From: Octopus vulgaris
Lineage: Eukaryota
Length of the DNA stretch: 64,000 nt
Assembly: GCA_951406725.2 (NCBI GenBank)
Contig: OX597818.1
Coordinates: forward strand, 24,552,001 to 24,616,000
Direction: 5' to 3'
Shown piece after piece: positions 1-11,087 of the stretch (position 1 is the first letter of the stretch; every line of letters starts with the position of its first letter). Both the position numbers and the translations under genes were made by a program. The notes below the pieces were generated by a model. It saw only the letters and a list, made by a program, of their open reading frames with translations. It was not told where the DNA came from and made no database searches.

Positions 1-245
1 TCACATTGTATTTGATGTCGTAATTGTTATAAACTGTTGTTAAATGTAAGCCAATTGCCTTCTGCCGTCTCTTCCTGCTGTTGTTGTTCTCTCCGGTTGC
101 CGGTTCGTGTTCGCTGCCGCCTTCCCCCACCGAATTCTCTCTTTCTGTGGCGAATTCCCCGTTCGATGAAGCCAGTCAATCGTCGTCGCTCGACTTGGTA
201 GGGTCCCGGGTTTCCGAAGAGTTTGAGCGACGGCGGTTTGTAACA
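1..245. mobile_element. Probable LTR end, truncated by the window edge
   Basis: CpG-rich segment unlike the background, ending in ...TGTAACA and abutting (TA)n. Confidence 0.4.
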
Positions 246-264
246 ATATATATATATAGCTATA

Positions 265-621
265 GGCACAGGAGTGGCTGTGTGGTAAGTAGCTTGGTTG
301 CCAACCATATGGTTCCGAGTTCAGTCCCACTGCATGGCACCTTGGGCCAACCAAAGCCTGTGAGTGGATTTGGTGGACTGAAACTGAGAGAAGCCTGATG
401 TATATGTATATACATATATATTGTGTGACAGTGTTTGTCCTCCCACCATCATTTGAAAACCAATGATGGTGTGGTTATGTCCCTGTAACTTAGCGATTAG
501 GCAAAAGAGACCAATAGAATAAGTACCAGCTTACAAAGAATAAGTGCTGGCATCGATTTGTTCTACTAAAGGCGGTGCTCCAGCATGGCCACAGTCAAAC
601 GACTGAAACAAATAAAAGAAT
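265..621 (+). mobile_element. tRNA-derived SINE (CCTTGGGC-core family) with CR1/L2-like 3' tail
   Basis: A-box-like TGGCTGTGTGG, B-box-like GAGTTCAGTCC; related copies near 16080-16190(-), 33960-34130(-), 38446-38550(+), 56500-56650(+). Confidence 0.75.
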
Positions 622-701
622 ACATACATACATGGAAGTACAGCATTCACTCAAATAATAATATAGATTTTATATATATATATATACATACATATGCATA
701 T

Positions 702-1445
702 ATAGGTACAGGACGTCACCAACAGTAAACAACATGAAATACAAAAACAAATGGAAAGCAGGACAAGTAAAATAAAGAATGACCCTGCATCAGTTGTCGG
801 TTGTCTATCTACTCCTCATTTTGAGCATTGGAATGCCACGTATCCATTTCTAAGTAAGTTTATCTGAATCTTTTTGATGCGACTCTACTCTATAGTGTTT
901 TCTCCCCTATCATTTTCTCTCTCATCCTTTCTCTAATTCCCTTTTTCTCTCCCCTTCACAGTCTTCTATCTGTCTGTCTGTCTCTCTCTCTTGTTGCTCA
1001 CACATGACTATCGTCCATCTTTCTTTTCCTCACGTGATCATCTTCTTTTCTTTCAGGACTGGATGTATTATATCTCCTATCTTTCCTTTTGTCACAGAAA
1101 ATATTTCTTCAGCTTTTGCTATTTTACCATTGTTCTGGTCTAATGACCCTCCATGTTTGTTTTCATTTGGTTTCTTTGTATGTTTCCATTGTTCTGTTTT
1201 TGTTCCCAACTTTCACTCTCCATAAATCCCAAATATTATCTTGGTACTTATGAGAGTGATTGTCTTTGAAGACTCATATGGTCATTCAATGCTCAAAATG
1301 AGTAGACAGCTGACAACTGATGAAGGATTGTTCATTACGTTACTTGACCTGTTTTCCGTTTGTTTCTCACGTTTGCGTATTGAACTCATTTGTTGTCGTA
1401 TTTCATTTTGTTTACTGTTGGTGATGTTCTGCACTCATGTATGCA
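702..1445. repeat. Diverged inverted repeat pair (~702-830 and ~1287-1445), possible Penelope-like pLTR remnant
   Basis: caatgctcaaaatgag...gacaactgatg...tttactgttggtga occurs in both orientations. Confidence 0.5.
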
Positions 1446-1486
1446 TATGTATATGTATGAATATGTGTGTGTATATATATATATAT

Positions 1487-1787
1487 CATCATCATCATTT
1501 AACGTCCGTTCTCCATGCTAGCATGGGTTGGACGGTTCGAGCGGGGATCTGGGAAGCCAGAAGGCTGCACCAGGCTCCAGTCTTATCTGGCAATGTTTCT
1601 ACAGCTGGATGCCCTTCCTAACGCCAACCACTCCGTGAGTGTAGTGGGTGCTTTTTACGTGCCACCCGCACAGGTGCCAGGCGAGGCTGGCAACAGCCAC
1701 GGTCGGATTGGTGCAATTTACGTGCCACTGGCACGGAAGCCAGTCGAGGCGGCGCTGGCATCGGCTACGATTCGGATAGTGCTTTTT
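1487..1787 (-). mobile_element. RTE LINE 3' UTR fragment
   Basis: Reverse complement of 6090-6389, (GAT)n tail. Confidence 0.85.
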
Positions 1788-1844
1788 TATATATATATAT
1801 ATATAATATAATATAAATAATATATATACATAAATATATATATA

Positions 1845-2040
1845 TTTAAAATCAAAGCTGGACATCTTCCTGTCGAGAGTCCCAGATGAACCTACCTCAC
1901 GGCAAGAGGTGCAAATGAGAATAGCTATATCAAACTCCATTCTTCACCAAGTGCCACATATTAGAGGAGGTTCTTCATAATAACAGTGTAGCACAAAACG
2001 GCGGTGCATCAGCATGGCTGCAGCTCTGAGCTGCAACACG
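1845..2040 (+). mobile_element. CR1/L2-type LINE 3' end fragment
   Basis: Encodes FK.KLDIFLSRVPDEPTSRQEVQMR, homologous to the 7649-8296 ORF. Confidence 0.75.
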
Positions 2041-2100
2041 GGAGAAAAAAAAAATATATATATATATGTATGTATTAAAATAATATATATATAAAAACCG

Positions 2101-2285
2101 ATAAACGTCGCCCTTTTCAAGCCTAGCTAGGCTCATGGGCCCAGTTTCTGTGGCATATGTGTTTCCCCCAGCAGGACAGGACGCCAGTCCATTGCAGCAT
2201 TACTCAAGAAACAGGAAGAGAGATTGAGAGAAAGTTGTGGTGAAAAAGCGCAACAGGTGTCACCACCACCACCACCCCTTGCTGG
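2101..2285 (-). mobile_element. 3' half of a tRNA-derived SINE (same family as 36400-36710)
   Basis: Near-identical to 36401-36580. Confidence 0.75.
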
Positions 2286-2286
2286 A

Positions 2287-2716
2287 CATAAGAAGCATCG
2301 GATGTGGTGTGCAGGAGAGATGTTTGCACTAGTATGGTCATGTACTATGGATGGATGAGGAGAGATGTGTAAAGAAGTGCCACTCCCAAACTGTTGAAGG
2401 AATCCGGGGGAGAGGTAGACCCAGGAAGACATGGGATGAGGTGGTCAAGCAGGACCTTCATACGTTGGGCCTCACAGAGGCAATGACGAAAAACCGAGAC
2501 CTCTGGAGATATGCTGGGACTTCAAAGACCCGACGGGTAATGTGAGTTCATGGCTGTTTCCTGCATCAGTTTCACATAGCCCCAGCCCATCCAAAGTACC
2601 TTGGATTGCAGAACGACCTGCTGTGCTTACCTTGGATCGTAGGGTGACCTGCTGTGCTTACCTTGGATCATAGGGCGACCTGCTAGCACTGAAAATGGGC
2701 ATTAAACGATGATGAT
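2287..2716 (+). mobile_element. RTE LINE 3' fragment, second subfamily
   Basis: ORF 2351..2545 ([22 protein letters not shown]); three ~30-bp tandem repeats in the 3' UTR; aaacgatgatgat tail. Confidence 0.8.
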
Positions 2717-2806
2717 TATATATATATTATATATACATATATATATATATACATCCACACATACACATATATATATATAAACACACACTTACATACATAT
2801 CCATAC

Positions 2807-2846
<40 letters not shown>

Positions 2847-2980
2847 CCTACATATATATATATATATATACTACCAAACAAACATGATTTTTATTGAACT
2901 CCTAATAGTCTTTATTGAATATTTTCTTAAATACTTTCTTGTAAACTGTTTTTAACATTTTCTTATTATTATCAAAGAAT

Positions 2981-5900
2981 GTATATACTTCTTGCGGAGA
3001 AATGGGTAGTTAAGGTAATCGAGGTAGTCAGAGTAAGTGACAGAGTACTTAAAATTAGATTAGTGCTTCACCATAGGTCAGCTACCATCATCTCGGCATA
3101 TGACCCTCAACCAGGGCTACCGGAAGGACAGAAAGACCAATTCTACGACACCCTATTGCGGGCTACCTCGTTGACAAATGACAGTGACCTTCTCTTTGTG
3201 GCAGGTGATTTCAATGGACATGTTGGATGGCATGTCAGGGGCTTCCATGGCGTTCATGGAGGCTACGGTTTTGGCTCTCGAAATGAGGAGGGAACCAGGC
3301 TGCTGGAGTTCTGCGATGCAAATGACCTTATGGTTTGCAATACCAACTTCAGGAAACCTACCTCTCACCTAGTCACCTACCATTCTGGCAGACACACTAG
3401 CCAGATTGACTACATCCTCGCCAGATTGACTACATCCTCGCCAGAAAGAGGGAAAGAGGGCTACTTATAAATGCCAAAACCTTTCCAGGTGAAGAATGTA
3501 CTCCTCATCATAGATTAGTAGTTAGCAACTTCAGGATCAGAGCTAAATGGTTGCCCAGAAGAAGATTAGCTTGGAGGAGAAGGGTCTGGAAGCTTAAAGA
3601 TCCTGCAAATGGACAGAGATTTAGAGACATACTACTCGAAGCCTTTGACGAAATAGAAGGGGATATAGCTTCACTAAATGTGGAAGACAACTGGAGATTT
3701 CTACGGGACAATCTGCTGAGGTCAGTGGCTGGAGCAAAGTCCCATCTCGACACAGAGTAACGTGGTGGTGGAACAATGTGGTTGACAGGGCTATTAGACA
3801 AAAGAAACAGGCTTGGAGGGACTGGAAGAACGGTGACAGCAGGGAATTGTATCAGACAGCCAGAAGGGAAGCTAGGAGACAGATTTATTTAGCCAGAGAA
3901 GAAGCGGATAAGAAAAAATTTGCCAATGTTCTGCACCGTGAGGATGAAAGACTTGAGGTATTTCATGTTGCAAGACAGTGTGTGAGAGAGAATCGTGATG
4001 TGGTAGGAGAGAAATGTGTCTGCATGGATGATGGTTCACTTGCGATAAATGAGGATGCAAGAGAGAGGTTTGGAGATGCCACTATGAAAGGTTGCTGAAT
4101 AAAGAAAATGAATGGGATAAAGAGAGTCTGCCGAATGTCAACCCAACAGAGTGACCAGCCATCTGAGTTGACAATTCTTTGGTGGTTATGGCAATTAGAA
4201 GCATGAAGACAGGGAAAGCCCCAGGCCCATCAGGAATTACTGCAGAGATGCTCAAAATATCTGGCAGTGTCGGCTATAACCTAGTCACCCGTATAGTTAA
4301 CCAGGTGATACACGAAGGAGTCATACCCAATGACTGGTGTAGCAGCATACTAGTCAACTGCTACAAAGGTAAAGGAGACGTCCTAGATACAAATAATTAC
4401 AGAGGTATCAAGCTGTTGGATCAGGTAATGAAGGGTACAGAGAGGGTCATAGCCCAACTGATTAGGGAGAGAGTCAACTTGGACGAGATGCAGTTTGGTT
4501 TCATGCCAGGGAAAAGCACCACTGATGCCATATTTCTGGTGAGACAGCTGCAGCAGAAATACCTAGCCAAAGAAAAGCCCCTGTACTTGGCTTTCGTTGA
4601 CATGGAGAAAGCCTTTGACAGGGTCCCCCGATCCCTTATCTGGTGGTCAATGAGGAAACTAGGGATAGATGAATGGCTGGTGAGGGCTGTGCAAGCCATG
4701 TACAGGGATGCCGTAAGTAAGGTTAGGGTTGGCAACATGTACACAGAAGAATTCAAAGTAGAGGTTGGGGTCCACCAGGGTTCAGTACTCAGCACCCTCC
4801 TATTTATCATAGTCCTCCAGGCAATTACGGAGGAATTCAAGACAGGTTGCCCCTGGGAGTTCCTCTATGCTGACGACCTTGCTCTAATTGCTGAGTCACT
4901 ATCAGAACTGGAGGAGAAGTTCCAGGTGTGGAAGGAAGGTTTAGAATCGAGGGGCCTTAGAGTCAACCTAGCTAAAACCAAAGTACTAATAAGTAGGAAG
5001 GTAGACAATCCACAAATGTCTTCAGGAAGATGGCCCTGCTCGATCTGTAGAAAAGGTGTAGGTAGAAACTCTATAAGATGTACCCAGTGTAAGCTATGGA
5101 CACATAAGAGGTGCAGCAATGTCAAAGGAAGGCTAACTGGAAGATAGTTTTTGTATGTGGCAGATGCTCAGGAGCAATAAACTCTGAAAATCTGCAGAAA
5201 ACAACTTCCGTCACTTTCCAGGGAGAAAAACTAGAAGTAGTTAATAGCTTCCGTTATCTAGGTGACCAAGTCAGTAGTGGGGGTGGGTGCATTGAAAGTG
5301 TAACTGCTAGAGTAAGAATAGCCTGGGCAAAGTTTAGGGAGCTCTTACCTCTGCTGGTGACTAAAGGCCTCTCGCTCAGAGTAAAAGGCAGACTGTATGA
5401 TGCATGTGTACGAACAGCCATGCTACATGGCAGTGAAACATGGGCCGTGACTGCTGAGGACATGCGTAAGCTCGCGAGGAATGAAGCCAGCATGCTCCGA
5501 TGGATGTGTAATGTCAGTGTGCATACTTGACAGAGCATTAGTACCCTGAGAGAAATGTTGGACCTAAGAAGCATCAGTTGTGGTGTGCAAGAGAGACGAT
5601 TGCGCTGGTATGGTCATGTGGCGAGAATGGATGAAGATAGGTGTGTGAAAAAGTGCCAATCCCTAGCAGTTGAGGGAACCCGTGGAAGAGGTAGACCCAG
5701 GAAAACCTGGGACGAGGTGGTGAAGCACGACCTTCGAACTTTAGGCCTCACTGAGGAAATGACCAGCGACCGAGACCTTTGGAAATATGCTGTGCGTGAG
5801 AAGACCAGGCAGGACAAGTGAGTCCAGCCCACTTATGCATGCCTTTCCTCCCTTGGACACACAAAGACCTGTTGAGGCAAGTGAAGTCGATATCGAACCT

Positions 5901-6389
5901 CATCCGACGACAGGCGCCCTGTTGGGGCAAGTGAAATCAAAACTGAAATCGGAATTGAAATTGAACCAATTCTATGACTGGCACCCGGCAGATGCCAGGA
6001 CCCCTGGACTGGTGGTACGTAAAAAGCACTATCCGAATCATGGCCGATGCCAGCATCGCCTCGACTGGCTTCTGTGCCGGTGGCACGTAAAAAGCACCAT
6101 CCGAATCGTGGCCGATGCCAGTGCCGCCTTGACTGGCTTCCGTGCCGGTGGCACGTAAAATGCACCAATCTGACCGTGGCTGTTGCCAGCCTCACCTGGC
6201 ACCTGTGCAGGTGGCACGCAAAAAACACCCACTACACTCACGGAGTGGTTGGCGTTAGGAAGGGCATCCAGCTGTAGAAACATTGCCAGATAAGACTGGA
6301 GCCTGGTGCAGCCTTCTGGCTTCCCAGATCCCCAGTCGAACCGTCCAACCCATGCTAGCATGGAGAACGGACGTTAAACGATGATGATG
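2981..6389 (+). mobile_element. RTE-clade LINE, 5'-truncated, ORF disrupted (APE endonuclease + RT + PHD-like finger)
   Basis: APE motifs AGDFNGHVG, SQIDYIL; RT motifs FVDMEKAFDRV, GVHQGSVLS, LYADD (4866-4877); [10 protein letters not shown]-terminus; several stops and frameshifts including a 20-bp tandem duplication at 3401-3440; structured 3' UTR and (GAT)n tail. Confidence 0.95.
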
Positions 6390-7503
6390 TATATATGTAT
6401 TTTAATACATTTGTGACAACCAGTACTTATCACAACAAAGCTTATACAAAGCTTTACATTTTACTTTTGACAATCTTTTTCTAAAAAAGTGAAACCGGTC
6501 AAGTAAATAAACATCTTTAAAATTGCATTTTCAAACTTTTTTTCATATACATACATACATATATATATATCAATATCTATAAAGCTGAAATGCGAAAAGT
6601 TTATTTGTCTCATTTGGGGATTGGAACTAGATGGGGTCGGATTGGCTCCAAAATTTACAGGGACATGTAAAAGAGGCGAGGATGTGAGTGGACTAGGTTA
6701 GAAACCACCATCTCAAAAGCTGTAGTTACTAGGACAACAAAACCCACACTTCGACAAGTGTTTGTCATTTCTCCCTTTCGCATATCACCCTGTCTTCCTC
6801 CGTCTCTCTCTTTCCTTCCTTCCCTCCACATTCTCTCTATAACGATGTTTGACAGCTTTGCCATCTCTCTGTTACTCTTTCTCCCACCATCTCTCTCACT
6901 GTACATCTGTCTGTATCTATAGAGAGAAAGTGTAGACAGCCGCAAAAGTTTAAATATTCCCGCCACAGGTGTTTTAGAATGAATTATTATCGTCCACCAT
7001 CACCGTAAAAAATTTCTCATTTTTACCTATTTTTGTCTTTTATTTTTGATTGTTTACAATTTTCATTTTTTCAGAAATTTACAGGTGCATGTAGCCCATG
7101 TTTAGAGCTTTCATTTGCACGGTCAATCGTTGAAAAATTCCCAAAATAAGTACTAAATTTAACAAAGACATGCTTTTTTTGTTATTTTTAATCGCTTAAA
7201 TAGTGGGACATACAAAAGGCAAGTGTGCTTTCCGTTGTCATTGCCTGATATTTATGATTGATCTTTCAAAATACTTTCTTTCTCAGCTTACTCAAGATCT
7301 TTTGTTTTTTATAAATGGAAGAGAAATAGATAGAGAAAGATAGACAGTAAGAGAAAGTGAGAGCAAGTCCGAAAGAAAGGAAGAGTAAGAGAGTGGGAAA
7401 GTGAGAGAGAAACAAAGAGAGAGAATGTGGCGATAAGAAACAGAAAAGAAGCAACAGTCTTATTAAACATTTTGTTCCTGATAAGAAACAATCACTGTAT
7501 TAT

Positions 7504-7551
<48 letters not shown>

Positions 7552-7561
7552 ATATATATTT

Positions 7562-8300
7562 TATTTTTATTTTGTTTTATCTAGTTTCAGCTCATGAGCT
7601 GTGGCCATGCTGGGGCATCACCATTTGGTGTTGCTACATAATTTTACTTCACAAATGCTTTTTAACAATTGCCATTTGGTGCATGAGAGAGTTCGATGCA
7701 GCTGCCCTCATCTGCACCTCCTGCCGTGAAGTTGGTTCATCTGGGACACCTGACAGGAAGAGATCCAGTTTTATTTTAAAGACATCTGCATCCACTCCAT
7801 GCAGGTCTCTCAGGTTCTTCGGGAGGATATTGAAGAGCTGTGGGGCTCTGAAGCCCAGGCTATCACAGTATCTTGTCCTACATCTTGATGGCAAATTTGG
7901 AGTCCTTGGCACTATGCAGTGGCACCCAGTTCTAGCATTTGTGTAACTCTCGATGCCAAAGTTTAGGACAAGTCCTTCTAGGATCTTACAGATGTATATT
8001 ATGGCATATCTTTCTCGCCTACGCTCTAAGGAATAGAGTCTTAATCTCTTGAGTCTTTCCCAGTAGCTTATATGCTGCACAGAGGCTATCTTCTTGGTGT
8101 AGCTTCGTTGGATCACCTCAAGTTCTGCGATTAACTTGACACTGGATGGTGACCATAGCTGAGAGCAATAGTCAAAGTGGCTTAGGATAAGTGTCCTCCA
8201 GAGGACCATCATGGTTTCCTGGTCTCTTGTTCTAAAGGTTCTAAGAATCCATCCGGTCAGCCGCCTACATTTCATTGCCAATCTAGCAAGATGCACATGA
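7562..8300 (-). mobile_element. CR1/L2-group LINE 3' fragment
   Basis: ORF 7649..8296: DYCSQLWSP, LEVIQRSYTKKI, SYWERLKRLRLYSLERRRER; stem-loop tail. Confidence 0.88.
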
Positions 8301-8302
8301 AA

Positions 8303-8523
8303 GGTACTGTCAATTCAGATAGCCGGTCCCTCTGTTGGTCAACATTCAGCAGACTTTCTGGCGTGCTAATGTTTCTCTACCAGCTCACACTGTCTTGCAA
8401 CACAAAATACCTCTAGTGTTTGGTCCTCGCGGTGCAGAACATTGGCAAATTTTTTCTTATCTGCTTCCCCTCAGGCTAAATAAACCTGTCTTAAGCCAGA
8501 GGGGAAGCAGATAAGAAAAAATT
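8303..8523 (-). mobile_element. Rearranged RTE internal fragments ending in a fold-back
   Basis: Homologous to 3870-3990 and 4120-4175 in reverse; 25-bp inverted repeat at 8448-8523. Confidence 0.65.
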
Positions 8524-10688
8524 ATAAAGTATTAAAATGATCAGGTAGGGTAGATCACCATAGAAAAGGAATAAAATAGCTTAATCACTAAAAACCACGA
8601 TGAAGTATATATACCTTAGTAACATCAATAGAGAAAACTTATAGAAAATGTATAATAATTCAAGTATTTAAACTAAAAAATTGTTTATTTACTTATTTAG
8701 CTTGTATCTATAAATATTTACTTATTTAGCTTGTATTTATAATACCTGGTATTAACTAAAGGAATATTAATATTTACAATATTGCCATAATTATAAACTA
8801 TGGCAATATTGTTTAAAATATTTAACTATAGTACCCCATGATAAAATTCCCCCCCGTATTATCATTATTACTTTACTAAAGTCTTGCCCTTTTGTCAGCT
8901 AACATCTTGATTTAAGATTTCCTTTACCAAATCTCATTATATTGCTTCAAATTAATCTTGATAGTTTTATGACTATACCCACTATGATTTCTGTCAACTT
9001 TCTCAGCCCCTTTCCTAACAGTCATTGCTCCTTGTTCTTTGGCCTTAGATTTTGACTTACAAAGATTTGATAAACAAGACTATAAATTAAATCTGACCCC
9101 AAAAAACAGTGAAAAGCTAGATCTCTAACAAGTTGTTCTTCCTAAATACCTTAGTAGCTTCTAAGCTGAAGTGAAGACAGCATGTTCTTTGTCTATCTCC
9201 TTACCTTCTTGGAGGTTTTAGGTAAAATTATACTAATGTGTCCATCTGTTTTAATTTAATTTAATTCTACGTATTTCTGCAGCTGAGGATTGCTCTGCAT
9301 TTAGATTGATGTAATGGTTGCATTGTTCAATTAAATGAAGTTGCTTGAAACAATCGTACTGCATAATCTCTAGATATCCTGTTGCTTATTTTGATATATA
9401 CGCACATATATACACACACACATATCCATACATACATAGATATATATACATACACAAACACACACACATACATACATACATATATATATACACACACGCG
9501 CACACACATATATATACATACACATTTCATGAACAAAACAGCAGAAAAAAGAATGACTGAAACAGATTTAAATATTAGAAAGGATGGGCATGAGAGAAAT
9601 ATTTAAAATGTAAACATTCTTTGTATGGTCTTGATGTGCAGAAATAAAATAATTTGATCTCTTGATGGACTGTTTGATGGTTTGTTGAATTCTCCTGTGA
9701 CAAGATATACTCAGTTTTTTTCCCTGATTCATTAGCCTAGGATATTTACCTCCTATAGAATGCAAGCATATATTAGGGATATTACTGTTGTGCATAACTT
9801 AATTTGCATAATTTTGCTTTTGGTTGCTCATCATTAGTTAAGCACAACGCACCACAATTAGGAAGGAGTGAAATAATTTAAATATTAGAACACTTGGCTG
9901 TGAAGAAATATTTAAAATGTAAATACATTCTAAGCATTTGATGCGGAGAAACTGTGAAGTGTTCCATCACTTGATGACTGCTCTTTACAGAATTCTTATA
10001 TTCTAAATATTTCTCTCAAAGCCAGACTTTCTAACATGTAAATTTATTTTGCTCCTTCTGATTTGCACTGTGTTGTGTGTAAAATACATATATTGTCTAC
10101 TGACAAGCTAACAAATGTACAAATATACAACTTAAGCAATTCCAACAGTAGATAGCTTAATTTTTGACAAATATATGACTGCATTATATAACAAAGGGAT
10201 ATTCTATGCAATTGATTAGTGATGGAAACTTGGTATGTCTTCTCTGAAGAATGTATTTAAATTCTAAATATTCCTTTCACACTCAAGCCTTCTAATATAT
10301 GTTTGTTTTGGAATATATTTATAAACAATATACTGATTACTATTGTTTATATAAAAATATCTTAACTATGAATTATAAAATAGATGTGTGTGTATTTGTA
10401 TTTATCTTTTGTGTATAACTATATATACATGTATACACACACGTACACACATAAATGCATGAAGATAAATGGTAGTAAAATTTGTGTTTAGTTCATAATT
10501 TCTTGAAAATGAATATCACAGACACATCATTACAAAATTGTTTTGCAATTCAGCATTATTTCATCATGATCCTCATTATTAACATGTACGTTTTTCCATG
10601 CTTGCATGGGTTATATACCAAAAGTGCTGCATTGTAAACCTGAGAAATTTTCTGGAAGAATGCTCTTGTTCAAAACGCCTCTGTCTGG

Positions 10689-11087
10689 TTATGTCATTAA
10701 AGAAGATTCCTGTATTTCAATAGGATCATTTTCACTGTCAACATTATCCTGCATTTGAGAATTAGTTAACTCGTAGCTTTCAAAGTGACTGTTTAACTGT
10801 AACTGCTCTGAAGTGAGGTCCAGAGATACATTTTCTGACATATTTTTAATGCTTTCAGAGGAATCAAAAGCTGCTGGCGAGCTCCTACTGTCCTGATCCT
10901 GAAGCAACCGTTCTGATTCTACTATACCATCATTGTCAGCAGTAGCATATTGCTGAATTCGATGCGCCTGCATTTGCTGTTGCAATACTTCTTTTTGCTC
11001 TTTCTTTTCATCCTTATAACATACAATGTATTCAAACATTTGGTATAATGTTAGGAAGACCAAGAATATATTAGTTGCAGCCAAAAT
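10689..11087 (-). CDS. PCSK7: PCSK7 terminal coding exon (TM helix and acidic cytosolic tail)
   Basis: TAG acceptor at 11088-11090; ORF 10689..11084; hydrophobic [24 protein letters not shown] followed by an acidic tail and TAA stop. Confidence 0.85.
   Translation of the reverse strand: MLAATNIFLVFLTLYQMFEYIVCYKDEKKEQKEVLQQQMQAHRIQQYATADNDGIVESERLLQDQDSRSSPAAFDSSESIKNMSENVSLDLTSEQLQLNSHFESYELTNSQMQDNVDSENDPIEIQESSLMT

Noticed and set aside
5787-6361. Recurring ORFs (MLAWVGRF..., WHVK repeats), also at 1515, 20663, 24531 and 48979, as a novel peptide family
   Set aside because: They are incidental translations of the GC-rich RTE 3' UTR; frames and starts differ between copies.
6576-7500. Possible non-autonomous Helitron starting at atctataaag
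   Set aside because: No convincing 3' hairpin plus CTRR terminus was found.
9327-9606. ORFs rich in Y/I/H/T or C/V/Y
   Set aside because: Translations of (TA)/(CA) microsatellites.
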